A stretch of DNA of 46,422 nucleotides from contig CAMAXG010000002.1 of NCBI GenBank assembly GCA_945862225.1, forward strand, positions 1-46,422. The letters are read 5' to 3'. The first letter of the stretch is position 1. The number at the start of each line of letters is the position of its first letter. Positions 1-11,281 of the stretch are shown in pieces. This stretch comes from Thermoflexus hugenholtzii JAD2 (GTDB taxonomy: Bacteria > Chloroflexota > Limnocylindria > Limnocylindrales > Limnocylindraceae). Made by a program: the position numbers and the translations under genes. The notes under the pieces were generated by a model that was given only the letters and a program-made list of their open reading frames with translations, was not told the DNA's origin and searched no databases.

Positions 1-174
1 GGTGAGATGGCACTGCGCAGTTTGCATCCGGGCGCAACCCTTGATGAGGTGCGCGCATCCATTGGTTGGGAGATTCGTATCCCACAGAACGTGCCCGCCA
101 CGCCAACGCCAACTGACGAAGAGCTACGACTCATTCGCGAAGAGCTCGACCCGACCGGTGCGTACGTTTCGTGA
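1..174 (+). CDS. CoA-transferase subunit B-like protein, C-terminal fragment (5' end outside window)
   Basis: Frame +1 is open from base 1 to TGA at 172-174. The translation ...LHPGATLDEVRASIGWEIRIPQNVPATPTPTDEELRLIREELDPTGAYVS resembles C-termini of 3-oxoacid/glutaconate CoA-transferase B subunits. The stop overlaps the next GTG start (GTGA). Confidence 0.5.
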   Translation, partial: GEMALRSLHPGATLDEVRASIGWEIRIPQNVPATPTPTDEELRLIREELDPTGAYVS

Positions 175-1505
175 GTAGCGGCAAGATCTTCAGTCGCGGT
201 GGCCCCGCGCTCCCCATCGCCGCATCTGGCGACGGCACGTACATCACCGACGCGACTGGTCGTCGCTACATCGATGCCGCAGGCGGCGCCATCGTCGTAG
301 GGATTGGTCACGGACGACGCGCCGTTGCAGATGCCGCAGCGTCACAGATGGCGAAGATCGCCTACGCCCACGGGAGCGCCTTCACCGCCGAAGCGCTCGA
401 CGCCTGGGCAAGTGAGATTGGCCCACTTCTACCGATGAGTAACCCGTCGCTCTACCCAGTCTCTGGCGGTTCAGAGGCGGCGGAGACGGCGCTCAAGATG
501 GTGCGCGCCTACTGGTTGGCCCAGGGTGAGCCCGATCGCACCGTCGTCGTCAGTCGATGGGGTAGTTACCACGGCAACACGCTCGGCGCACTCGACCTCT
601 CCGGTCGGACCGGGCTACGCCGTCCGTATGAGCCGTGGCTCGGGCGCTTCGAGCATGTCTCAGCCCCGTATTCGTATCGTGCGGGTCACGACGGCGCCAA
701 TGCGATTGCCAGCGGCGCCGAAGCGGTCGCCGAGCTTGACGCGCTACTCGGCCGTGTCGGCCCAGGGCGCATCGCCGCCTTTGTTGCCGAGCCGATCGTT
801 GGTGCAACGCTCGCCGCCGCCGTGCCGCCCGACGACTATTGGCCCGCGGTCAGCGCCTGGTGCGCGCGCAATAAGGTGCTCCTCGTTGCCGATGAGGTGA
901 TGACCGGCTTCGGGCGAACGGGAACCTGGTTCGGGGCGAACCACTGGAACGTGCAGCCAGACCTGTTGCTCGCCGCAAAGGGCGTGACGAGTGGCTACTG
1001 GCCGTTCGGCTTTGTTGCTGCAGCGGGCCACGTCGCTGAGCCGATCTTGGCGAGCGGCTTCGTCCACGGCTTCACCTATAGCCACTCGATCCCTGGCGCC
1101 GCGGTTGCGCGCTCCGTGCTGAAGATTCTGCGCGACGAGAACCTGATCGAAGCGTCGGCAACCCGAGGCGCTCAACTGCGCGCCGCACTTGAGGCAGAGC
1201 TCGCTAACGATCCGTGGGTCGGTGAGATTCGCGGTCGCGGCCTGCTGCTCGGAATTGAACTTGTTGCCGACCGCGCGAGCAAGGCGCCGCATGGACGTGC
1301 CAAGCGCGTCACCGAGCGCGTGTTGGCCCAGGCCAAGAACTCCAGCGATGTTGGCCTACTTCTCTATAGCGCGACCGGCCAAGCGAACGGCACAGACGGC
1401 GACCAGATTGTGCTCGGGCCACCGTTCGTGATTGGCGACGAGGAGATTGCGCGCATTGCCCGCGGGACCGCCGCAGCGATCCGCGCGGTGCGCGACGAGG
1501 CTTAG
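171..1505 (+). CDS. class-III PLP-dependent aminotransferase
   Basis: 444-aa ORF with GRRYIDAAGG, SYHGNT, ADEVMTGFGRTG and AAKGVTSGY motifs typical of aminotransferase class III. Its GTG start is coupled to the upstream stop. Confidence 0.85.
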   Translation: MSSGKIFSRGGPALPIAASGDGTYITDATGRRYIDAAGGAIVVGIGHGRRAVADAAASQMAKIAYAHGSAFTAEALDAWASEIGPLLPMSNPSLYPVSGGSEAAETALKMVRAYWLAQGEPDRTVVVSRWGSYHGNTLGALDLSGRTGLRRPYEPWLGRFEHVSAPYSYRAGHDGANAIASGAEAVAELDALLGRVGPGRIAAFVAEPIVGATLAAAVPPDDYWPAVSAWCARNKVLLVADEVMTGFGRTGTWFGANHWNVQPDLLLAAKGVTSGYWPFGFVAAAGHVAEPILASGFVHGFTYSHSIPGAAVARSVLKILRDENLIEASATRGAQLRAALEAELANDPWVGEIRGRGLLLGIELVADRASKAPHGRAKRVTERVLAQAKNSSDVGLLLYSATGQANGTDGDQIVLGPPFVIGDEEIARIARGTAAAIRAVRDEA

Positions 1506-1936
1506 GCGTTAATCGCGAGAGTGATCTCGACGTTCCCCGCCAGCGCTGCTGAAATTGGGCAGCCGCCCTTCGCCCCTTCGGCAAGCTCCGCGAACTTCGC
1601 GGCATCAAGTCCTGGAACATCACCCTTCAAGGTGAGTGCCGACTTCGTGACGCGCCAGCCTGCTTCGACCTTCTCGAAGGTCACAGTTGCCGAAACGTCG
1701 AGCTTCGTGGCTGGAGTGTTATTGCGAGCCAGGCCGCCGGAGAGCGCCATGGCAAAGCAGGAGGCATGTGCGGCAGCGAGCAACTCTTCGGGAGAGGTTG
1801 ACCCGTCATGCGCCTCGGAGCGTCGCGGCCAGCTCACGGGCAGCGTGCCGATTGCACCGCTCTCAAACGAGGTGATGGCCCCGGAGCCCTCAAGGAGTGA
1901 GCCGTTCCAGGTGGCGGTCGCCGTTCGTGTGGTCAT
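1502..1936 (-). CDS. osmC: OsmC-family peroxiredoxin
   Basis: 144-aa ORF with the two conserved Cys contexts of OsmC (AAHASCFAMAL and GGCPIS). SD-like AAGGGGGG lies 5 nt upstream of the ATG. Confidence 0.85.
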   Translation of the reverse strand: MTTRTATATWNGSLLEGSGAITSFESGAIGTLPVSWPRRSEAHDGSTSPEELLAAAHASCFAMALSGGLARNNTPATKLDVSATVTFEKVEAGWRVTKSALTLKGDVPGLDAAKFAELAEGAKGGCPISAALAGNVEITLAINA

Positions 1937-2005
1937 GATTAACCCCCCTTAATACGTTTTTAGCCCCGCAGCATCCTCGGCGGGATTCCGCGATACTACG
2001 CCTGT

Positions 2006-2021
2006 TGGGCACTGCTGCCCA
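2006..2021. promoter_or_regulatory. 16-nt inverted repeat TGGGCA-ctgc-TGCCCA upstream of the RND gene
   Basis: Perfect 6-4-6 inverted repeat read directly from the sequence, 28 nt upstream of ATG 2049 in the osmC/RND divergent region. It could be an operator or a 5'-UTR hairpin. Confidence 0.25.
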
Positions 2022-2048
2022 CTCCAATCGGTGAATAGAGGGGGTTCC

Positions 2049-5000
2049 ATGTTTTTCCTGACCAAGCTCGCGGTCGCTCGACGCAGCGTGACCATTCTCA
2101 TTGCACTCGCCGTCTTCGGTGGGGGCGTGGCGAGCTGGGGGAGCCTGAAGCAGGAGCTTCTTCCAAACATTGACTTCCCGATCGTGACGATCATCGCCCC
2201 GTATCCAGGGGCTGGAACCGCCGATGTGGCCGACCAGGTGGCCGCGCCGATTGAGGCCGCTGTCGCTTCAGTCGCAGGGGTTGAGTCACTCCGCTCCGTT
2301 TCAACGACCGGGCTCGGCTTCGTCTCTGCCCAGTTTGCCTACGGAAGCGACGTCAAGGAGATCGTGCGCCAGATCGAGACTGCCATCGCCGGGTCCCGCC
2401 TCCCCGCCGGCGTGACACCAGTGGTTCGAAACTTCAACATCAACTCTTCTGCAGTGGTGATTGCCACCCTGACGCCGAAGAGCGGTACGACACTCACCGA
2501 GCTGGCAGCCCTCGCGCAGAGCGAGTTGATGCCGAGCATTCGTGGCATCACCGGAATCTCCGCCGCCGACCTCTCGGGCGGCACTGAGTCGCAGGCGTTC
2601 ATTCAACTCGACGCAGCGAAGCTCGCCGCGACGGGCGTCAGCATGTCGCAGGTACAAGGCCTGATCCAGGCGAACAACCTGACCTATCCGGGTGGCCAGC
2701 TCCCAGTCGGCACAGGCCTGGTGCCAGTCTCAGCAACCGGTCGCTTCACCTCCGTTGCAGACCTTGAGAACCTCATCGTTGGCGGTGGAGTGACTCCAGC
2801 GGGGCAGCCGTACCCCGTCTTCCTTAAGGACGTCGCGACCGTCTCGCTCGCCGAGGTGCACACCACCGGCTGGTCTGAGACGAATGGCACCCCTGGCCTG
2901 ACCATCAGCGTCAGCAAGTCGGCCGACGCCAACACGGTCACCACCGCCCAGGAGTCCATTGCCGCCATCGAGGAGTTTGCCGCCGCCCACGAGGGGCAGG
3001 TGAAGCACTCCATCGTGACCGACTCGTCAATCTTCATCCTTGAATCCATTGATGCGCTCGTAAAGGAGGGCGGCCTCGGGGCAGCCTTCGCCGTTGTTGT
3101 GATCTTTGTCTTCTTGCTCAACTTGCGCTCAACCATCGTTGCTGCGGTGAGCATTCCGCTGAGCGTCTTGGCGGCGATCATCCTCATGTCAACGACCGGC
3201 ATCACCATCAACATCATGACCCTCGGCGGGCTTGCCGTAGCGGTTGGCCGAGTCGTCGACGACTCCATTGTGGTGCTCGAAAACATCTACCGTCACCGCA
3301 GCCAAGGTGAGCCGATCGGTGAAGCGGTGCTCAACGGCACACGCGAGGTCTCCTCGGCGATCACCAGCTCGACCATCACGACGATTGCGGTCTTCTTGCC
3401 ACTCGGCGTGGTCGGCGGCCTGATCAGTCAGTTCTTCCTCCCCTTCGCGCTCACCGTCACCTACGCCTTGCTCGCATCGTTGATCGTTGCGCTTACGGTG
3501 ATTCCGGTGCTCGCCTACTTCTTGGTCAAGGTGAAGGGCTCCAAGGCAACGATTCCGTACGCGGTCGACACCGACCACGAAGAGGTCTCCATCTGGGGGC
3601 GCATCTATCTGCCGGTGCTCGGGCTTGCGCTGCGACGTCGCGCCACGAAGTTCGCCACCCTGCTGATCGCGTTCAGCCTCTTCCTTGGGGCAACCTCGCT
3701 CGCAGGGTCTATCCCAACCCAGTTCTTGAACAGCGGAAGCGAGAAGGTGCTCACGGTGACGGTGAACCCGCCGCTCGGCACCTCAACAGAGCGTGTCCTC
3801 ACGCGCAGCCGCGTCGCCTACGAGATCCTCGCCAAAGACGAAACGGTTGAGTTGGTAACGACCTCGATTCCGAGCGCGGATTCAACAGGTACACAGACGC
3901 TTGTCGCCGCGACAACCGGCCGAGCGCCAAATGCTGCACGAATGACGGTGGTGCTGAGCGCCGATACCGATCTCGCTGAAGCGAAGACCCGTCTGGCGGA
4001 ATCACTCGCAGATGTCGGTACCCAAGGGTGGACTGTGACAGTGGAGGAGATCGGCTTTGCTGCTGGCTCCAACGCCATCTCAGTGATCGTCACTGGCGAA
4101 CGCTCTGCTGATGTTGAAGCAGCATCGGACCTCCTCGTCACTACGCTCGCCGCGAATGGCGACCTCGCAAACGTCAAGAGTGATCTTGTGAAGGCGGGCC
4201 GCCAGATTGAGATCACGGTTAATCCTTCAGCGGCCGCGATGGCCGGACTCTCGGCAGCCCAGGTAGCTGGTGAGGTGCGCAACCTCCTAGTTGGCTCGTT
4301 GCTCGGGCAGATCACGATCGATGGCTCGAAGGTGAACCTCTCCATCAAGATTGACAGCAGCTCCGTGAGCGACATTGAACAGCTTGGTGCGTACCTGGTT
4401 GGCGGCACGAAGAAGGTGCCACTCAGCAGCATCGCAACCATTGAAGAGCTCTCGGTTCCATCAAGCATTACGCGAATTGACCAGGCACTCGCCGCCAACG
4501 TGAGTGGCGAGATTGCGGTCGCCGACACCGGCGCCGTGAACACCGCCGTGAAGACGGCAGTTACCGAACTGCAGGATGCAGGAAAGTTGAGCAAGGTCGA
4601 CGTGCGCCTTGCCGGCGTGACGGAGCAGCAGAACGAGTCGTTCAGCGGCCTCTTCACGGCGATGGCCGTCGCAATCCTGCTCGTCTACCTGACCATGGTG
4701 CTCGTCTTCAACTCACTGGTTGATCCGCTCGTGATCATGTTCAGCCTGCCACTCGCTGTGATTGGTGCCTTCCCGGCACTGCTGATCACCGATCGTCCGA
4801 TCGGCATCTCGGCGCTCATCGGCTTCTTGATGTTGATCGGTATCGTGGTGACGAATGCCATCGTGCTGCTCGACCGAGTTGAACAGCTACGTCATGAGGG
4901 GGTCCCAACGAAGGATGCCCTTCTGCGCGCTGGTGCAACTCGGGTACGCCCGATCCTGATGACGGCGGTCGCCACGATCCTCGCGCTCGTGCCGCTCGCG

Positions 5001-5168
5001 GCAGGGCCGAGCGAGGGGTCGATCATTGCTGCCGAGCTCGGCACGGTGGTGATTGGCGGACTCCTCTCATCGACGCTCCTCACCTTGCTCGTGGTGCCAG
5101 TGGTGTACAGCCTCATCGACGGGCTCAAGGAGAGCCTCTCGCGCGGCAAGCGGGCAAAGGCTGCCTAA
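2049..5168 (+). CDS. RND-family efflux transporter permease (AcrB/SwrC-like)
   Basis: About 1040 aa with the 12-TM, two-large-loop RND architecture and a typical N-terminus (FFLTKLAVARRSVTILIAL). I prefer ATG 2049, which has GAGGGGG 5-6 nt upstream, over GTG 2031 from the ORF track. No adaptor or outer-membrane partner gene is adjacent. Confidence 0.85.
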   Translation: MFFLTKLAVARRSVTILIALAVFGGGVASWGSLKQELLPNIDFPIVTIIAPYPGAGTADVADQVAAPIEAAVASVAGVESLRSVSTTGLGFVSAQFAYGSDVKEIVRQIETAIAGSRLPAGVTPVVRNFNINSSAVVIATLTPKSGTTLTELAALAQSELMPSIRGITGISAADLSGGTESQAFIQLDAAKLAATGVSMSQVQGLIQANNLTYPGGQLPVGTGLVPVSATGRFTSVADLENLIVGGGVTPAGQPYPVFLKDVATVSLAEVHTTGWSETNGTPGLTISVSKSADANTVTTAQESIAAIEEFAAAHEGQVKHSIVTDSSIFILESIDALVKEGGLGAAFAVVVIFVFLLNLRSTIVAAVSIPLSVLAAIILMSTTGITINIMTLGGLAVAVGRVVDDSIVVLENIYRHRSQGEPIGEAVLNGTREVSSAITSSTITTIAVFLPLGVVGGLISQFFLPFALTVTYALLASLIVALTVIPVLAYFLVKVKGSKATIPYAVDTDHEEVSIWGRIYLPVLGLALRRRATKFATLLIAFSLFLGATSLAGSIPTQFLNSGSEKVLTVTVNPPLGTSTERVLTRSRVAYEILAKDETVELVTTSIPSADSTGTQTLVAATTGRAPNAARMTVVLSADTDLAEAKTRLAESLADVGTQGWTVTVEEIGFAAGSNAISVIVTGERSADVEAASDLLVTTLAANGDLANVKSDLVKAGRQIEITVNPSAAAMAGLSAAQVAGEVRNLLVGSLLGQITIDGSKVNLSIKIDSSSVSDIEQLGAYLVGGTKKVPLSSIATIEELSVPSSITRIDQALAANVSGEIAVADTGAVNTAVKTAVTELQDAGKLSKVDVRLAGVTEQQNESFSGLFTAMAVAILLVYLTMVLVFNSLVDPLVIMFSLPLAVIGAFPALLITDRPIGISALIGFLMLIGIVVTNAIVLLDRVEQLRHEGVPTKDALLRAGATRVRPILMTAVATILALVPLAAGPSEGSIIAAELGTVVIGGLLSSTLLTLLVVPVVYSLIDGLKESLSRGKRAKAA

Positions 5169-5183
5169 TCGGGGTGCCAGCCC

Positions 5184-5208
5184 AATCCTGATACGATCAG
5201 TCGGGATT
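5184..5208 (+). promoter_or_regulatory. imperfect palindrome AATCCTGAT-acg-ATCAGtcGGGATT overlapping a TACGAT -10-like hexamer upstream of sufB
   Basis: The CTGAT/ATCAG core is perfect and the flanks AATCC/GGATT are offset by a bulge. TACGAT (5192-5197) fits TANNNT. The site lies about 40 nt upstream of the sufB ATG. Confidence 0.3.
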
Positions 5209-5242
5209 ACCCCGCACGGTCCAGCAGGGAAGAGGAGGCTCC

Positions 5243-6646
5243 ATGACGGTCGCTAAGGAGACGGTTCGCGACGAACGGGAGCAGTACGCCTTCCACGACG
5301 ACATCACCTACCTGCGCGAGACGAAGGCCGGCCTCACCGAGGCGACGGTTCGGGAGATCTCCGAGACGAAGGACGAGCCAGCCTGGATGCTGGAGTACCG
5401 CCTTCGCGCCTACAAGCACTTTGAGGCGCGTGCGATGCCGATGTGGGGTGGCGACCTCACCAAGCTCGACTTCTCGAAGATCGTCTACTACCGCAAGCCA
5501 TCCGAGCGCGAAGAGAAGTCGTGGGACGACGTCCCCGATCAGATCAAGAAGACCTTCGAACGACTTGGCATCCCAGAGGCGGAGCGGAAGTTCCTCTCGG
5601 GCGTCGGCGCGCAGTACGACTCCGAGGTTGTTTATCACTCGGTTCGCGAGGATCTACAGAAGCTCGGCGTCGTCTTTATGGGTACCGACCAGGGGATGAA
5701 GGAGTACCCAGAGATCTTCAAGAAGTACTTCGGCACCGTTGTGCCGGCAGAAGACAACAAGTTCGCCGCACTGAACTCTGCTGTTTGGTCGGGCGGCTCG
5801 TTCGTCTACGTGCCAAAGGGTGTTGATGTGCCGCTGCCACTGCAGGCCTACTTCCGCATCAACGGGCAGAACACCGGTCAGTTTGAGCGAACCCTGATCG
5901 TTGTTGATGAGGGGGCGAGCCTCCATTACATCGAGGGCTGCACCGCGCCAAACTGGGCAACCGATTCACTGCACGTTGCCGTTGTTGAGGTGATTGCACT
6001 GCCGGGCGCAAAGGTTCGCTACACCACGATTCAGAACTGGTCGAACGATGTCTACAACCTGGTGACGAAGCGCGCACACGCGCACGCTGGCGCCACGGTT
6101 GAGTGGATTGACGCCAACACGGGCGCACAGCTCACCATGAAGTACCCAGGCATCTACCTGCTGGGCGAGAAGGCTCACGCCGAAATCGTCTCCGTGGCTG
6201 TGGCCTCAAAGGGTCAGCACCAGGACACCGGCGCGAAGGCGGTACACCTTGCACCGAACACCACCAGCCGCATCGTCGGTAAGTCGGTCTGCAAGGACGG
6301 CGGCGTGGCAACGTACCGCGGCACCGTCCGCGTGGCACCTGGCGCAACTGGTGTGACCACCAGCGTGCGCTGCGATGCACTGATCCTCGACGAGGGGAGC
6401 CGCTCTGAGACATATCCGTACATTGATATTCAAGAGGACGACACCTCAATGAGCCACGAGGCCACCGTGGGTCGCGTCTCCGATGATCAGATCTTCTATC
6501 TGATGAGCCGCGGGATGACAGAGAACGAGGCAACGAACTTGATCGTGCAGGGCTTCCTTGAAGTCTTCACCAAGGAGTTGCCGATGGAGTACGCCCTTGA
6601 GTTCAATCGCCTGATTCGACTCGAGATGGAGGGGGCCCTCGGGTGA
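5243..6646 (+). CDS. sufB: Fe-S cluster assembly protein SufB
   Basis: 467-aa ORF with strong SufB-like sequence throughout (e.g. FERTLIVVDEGASLHYIEGCTAP, EATVGRVSDDQIFYLMSRG). GGAAGAGGAGG SD lies upstream. Confidence 0.95.
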   Translation: MTVAKETVRDEREQYAFHDDITYLRETKAGLTEATVREISETKDEPAWMLEYRLRAYKHFEARAMPMWGGDLTKLDFSKIVYYRKPSEREEKSWDDVPDQIKKTFERLGIPEAERKFLSGVGAQYDSEVVYHSVREDLQKLGVVFMGTDQGMKEYPEIFKKYFGTVVPAEDNKFAALNSAVWSGGSFVYVPKGVDVPLPLQAYFRINGQNTGQFERTLIVVDEGASLHYIEGCTAPNWATDSLHVAVVEVIALPGAKVRYTTIQNWSNDVYNLVTKRAHAHAGATVEWIDANTGAQLTMKYPGIYLLGEKAHAEIVSVAVASKGQHQDTGAKAVHLAPNTTSRIVGKSVCKDGGVATYRGTVRVAPGATGVTTSVRCDALILDEGSRSETYPYIDIQEDDTSMSHEATVGRVSDDQIFYLMSRGMTENEATNLIVQGFLEVFTKELPMEYALEFNRLIRLEMEGALG

Positions 6647-7944
6647 CCCGCCGCGCACTCGCTGATCTCCCTCTCGAGTGGGCAACCGCCGACATGATCG
6701 CCAAGCTCAGCCCTGGGGGCGCTGGCCTTCCTGAGCGCACGGTGGCCCTCGCCGCGTTTCACGCCCTCCCAACGGAGTCGAACCTACTCTTCACCGGATA
6801 CGTAGACCTGCGAGCCGCAGAGGTAGAGCGCGCAGCGCCCGCCGTGCTCTCACAAGAGATTCGTACGCTTCCTGCCTCTGCGCTGCCAGAGGGCGCCGCT
6901 GCACTCATTGAGATCTCGAGCGCAGGTGTTGGCGCTTACCTCAGTGCAGAGGCAACCACCGCCGGTCTGAGCGTTACGCCACTCAACCCGTCTACATCAA
7001 TGGGTGGCGCAACCGAGGATCGCACCGCTGCGCTCGTCGCCGCACTCTGGAACGCTGGCGTTTCGATTTCGTTGAGCGCCGGTCATCTGCGCGCACCGAT
7101 TGTTGTGCGCATCGTTGCCCCGGAGTCTGGGTCGTCGCTCCTTGCGCGCATCGCAGTGTCCCTCGGTGACGGCGCACAGGCCTCGATCGTGGAAGAGATC
7201 AGCGGCAGCGCCGCTGCGCCCGCAGTTGCCACATCGCTCTTGGCGACCAGTAGCGAGATTACGCTCGGGGCCCGCGCGACGCTGTCACTCTCCTCCATCC
7301 AAGACCTCCCCGAAGATCGTGCCTACGTGACGGTCCGTCGCCACACCTTTGGCGAGAAGGCGCAGTTGCAGCTCGCCGTGGCGCAGGTCGGCGCACGGCT
7401 CGTTCGCGGGCGAATTGATCACCTGCTTGCGGGCGATGGATCTGGCGTTCGCCAGGTAGAGGTGGTCTTCGGCGCTGGCGATCAGATCCACGACCTCACT
7501 ACCTATAGCCTGCACTCTGGCCAGAAGACGGTGGGCGACCTACTTGCAAAGGGTGTGTTTGCCGGAAACGCACGCGGCTACATCAAAGGTGTCACGACGA
7601 TCCCGCGCAGCGGGCGTGGCACCAACTCGTACCTCGGTGAGTTCGGCATGCTCCTCTCAAAGACGGCGCGCAGCGTGGCGATCCCATCACTCTGGATCGA
7701 CCAGCCAGACTGCGAGCGCGCGGCGCACGGCAGCTCCGTCGGGCCAATCGATCCCGCCCAGATCTTCTACCTGCGTTCACGCGGCCTAACGGATGCAGAG
7801 GCGCGCCGCACGATTGTGATGGGCTTCCTTGAGCCCGTTGTTGCTGCACTCCCGCTTGATGCTGAAGCGGAGCGCCTCCGTGACGTCCTTGCAGCAAAGC
7901 TGGACGCTGCACTGGCAAAGCAGCCTGCAGCACTCGCCTCCTAA
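6643..7944 (+). CDS. sufD: Fe-S cluster assembly protein SufD
   Basis: 433-aa ORF that overlaps the sufB stop by 4 nt. Its C-terminal SufB/SufD beta-helix region (HGSSVGPIDPAQIFYLRSRGL) is typical of SufD. Confidence 0.85.
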   Translation: MTRRALADLPLEWATADMIAKLSPGGAGLPERTVALAAFHALPTESNLLFTGYVDLRAAEVERAAPAVLSQEIRTLPASALPEGAAALIEISSAGVGAYLSAEATTAGLSVTPLNPSTSMGGATEDRTAALVAALWNAGVSISLSAGHLRAPIVVRIVAPESGSSLLARIAVSLGDGAQASIVEEISGSAAAPAVATSLLATSSEITLGARATLSLSSIQDLPEDRAYVTVRRHTFGEKAQLQLAVAQVGARLVRGRIDHLLAGDGSGVRQVEVVFGAGDQIHDLTTYSLHSGQKTVGDLLAKGVFAGNARGYIKGVTTIPRSGRGTNSYLGEFGMLLSKTARSVAIPSLWIDQPDCERAAHGSSVGPIDPAQIFYLRSRGLTDAEARRTIVMGFLEPVVAALPLDAEAERLRDVLAAKLDAALAKQPAALAS

Positions 7945-7953
7945 GCTCACCTC

Positions 7954-8277
7954 ATGCCAGCCGAGCGCCTCTTCCCTGCAGCAGAGCTTCCCGACGGCAC
8001 GATGCGACTCGCCTGGCCCGGCGGCGCCGCCATCCTGGTGGTGAATCGCGGCGGCAAGTTGCTGGCGGTCGACGGCGTTTGCACGCACGAGTATTGCGAG
8101 CTAGATCGTGGCTTCCTCTCACCCGCCACCGTTGATCGGCCGACGGTGACCTGCCCGCTGCACCTCTCACGATTCGACCTTGAGAGTGGGGAGCCACTCG
8201 ACCCACCCGCTGAAGTCCCGCTCGGGGTTCATGTGGTGAGCGTTGACGAACAGGGATGGGTGGTACTGCAAACCTAG
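7954..8277 (+). CDS. Rieske [2Fe-2S] ferredoxin-like protein
   Basis: 107 aa with CTHEYC (CxH) and CPLHLSRF (CxxH) Rieske ligand motifs. Its position after sufD matches actinobacterial suf operons. Confidence 0.8.
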   Translation: MPAERLFPAAELPDGTMRLAWPGGAAILVVNRGGKLLAVDGVCTHEYCELDRGFLSPATVDRPTVTCPLHLSRFDLESGEPLDPPAEVPLGVHVVSVDEQGWVVLQT

Positions 8278-8292
8278 CCCTGCACAGCGCGC

Positions 8293-8298
8293 TAGGAT
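8293..8298 (+). promoter_or_regulatory. TAGGAT -10 box upstream of the erythrin-VIT1 gene
   Basis: Matches the actinobacterial TAGRRT/TANNNT consensus. It would give a leader of about 32 nt containing the SD. Confidence 0.35.
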
Positions 8299-8337
8299 GG
8301 GGGCGACGCGCACCCATTGCGCAAGAGGGGAGCCCCA

Positions 8338-9483
8338 ATGCAAGAGATCAAGGATCGCGCCGCAAGCCTCGCCGGTCTCGAGTTAGAGCGGGATGCAATC
8401 TTCTTGTACGACGCCCTCGCCAAGATTGAGAAGGACCCTGCCCGCCGAAGCGCCTTTGAGCGCATCGCAACAAGTGAGCGTCGCCACGCCGCTATCTGGG
8501 AGGCGAAGTTCATCAGCCTCGGCGAACAGGTTCCCGCCGCGAAGCGCCCGAGCTGGCGCGTTCGCCAGATCACGCTCCTTGCGCGACTCTTTGGCACCCG
8601 GGTCGTGAGCGACATGGTGAAGGCGCTCGAGGGGTACGAAGAGGAGGTCTACGGCGCACATAGTGACGTGGCCGAGGTCACCGACATTGCCGCCGATGAG
8701 GCGAAGCACGCCGACATCTGGCGAGAACTCGACACCGGGAAGAGCAACGGCGCGCATCGAGCTGCCCTCGCGGAGACAAAGGCGCGCGAGCCGTGGCATC
8801 GCGCCGGCAACAGCGGCACGCTGCGCGCGATCATCTTCGGCGTCTCCGACGGCCTTGTCTCGAATGCCGCTTTGGTGATGGGCATCGCTGGAGCGACCAC
8901 CGCGAGTGGTCAGGGCGGATTCGTGGTGCTTGCCGGCGTTGCGGGCCTTCTCGCCGGTGCGTTCAGCATGGCCGCAGGTGAATACGTCTCGATGCGCAGT
9001 CAGACCGAACTCCTTGAGCGCCAGATTGAACTGGAGCGCGCTGAACTTGAAGCGATGCCTGAGGAGGAGGAGGCCGAGATTGCGGCGATCTATCGCGCAC
9101 GCGGCTTTCCTGAAGAGGAGGCCAAGGCCATCGCAAAGCGTCTGATGGGGGATCCGAAAATTGCCCTTGAGACGCTCGTCCGCGAAGAGCTCGGCCTTGA
9201 CCCAGAGGAGCTTGGCTCCCCCTGGGGTGCAGCTTTCGGCTCATTTTTTGCATTTGCGCTCGGTGCGTTTGTGCCGCTCTTGCCGTTCATCCTTCTTGCT
9301 GGAGCGGACGCTCTCTTCGCGAGCATTGGGCTCACCGCGCTCGCACTCTTCGGTGTCGGCGCTGCGGTCAGTCTGCTGACGGGTAAGTCGGCGATCTACA
9401 CGGGACTTCGCCAGCTGGCGATTGGTGCAGCGGCGGCCGCAATCACCTATGCCGTTGGCTCACTGATTGGAGTCAACGTCTAG
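8338..9483 (+). CDS. erythrin/ferritin-like domain fused to a VIT1/CCC1 membrane domain (MbfA-like iron exporter)
   Basis: The N-terminal four-helix region carries two ExxH motifs (SERRHAAIWE, ADEAKHADIW). The C-terminal half is a VIT1-like TM domain (GVSDGLVSNAALVMG ... multiple TM segments). I prefer ATG 8338, which has GAGGGGAG 5 nt upstream, over TTG 8317. Confidence 0.75.
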   Translation: MQEIKDRAASLAGLELERDAIFLYDALAKIEKDPARRSAFERIATSERRHAAIWEAKFISLGEQVPAAKRPSWRVRQITLLARLFGTRVVSDMVKALEGYEEEVYGAHSDVAEVTDIAADEAKHADIWRELDTGKSNGAHRAALAETKAREPWHRAGNSGTLRAIIFGVSDGLVSNAALVMGIAGATTASGQGGFVVLAGVAGLLAGAFSMAAGEYVSMRSQTELLERQIELERAELEAMPEEEEAEIAAIYRARGFPEEEAKAIAKRLMGDPKIALETLVREELGLDPEELGSPWGAAFGSFFAFALGAFVPLLPFILLAGADALFASIGLTALALFGVGAAVSLLTGKSAIYTGLRQLAIGAAAAAITYAVGSLIGVNV

Positions 9484-11279
<1,796 letters not shown>

Positions 11280-11281
<2 letters not shown>

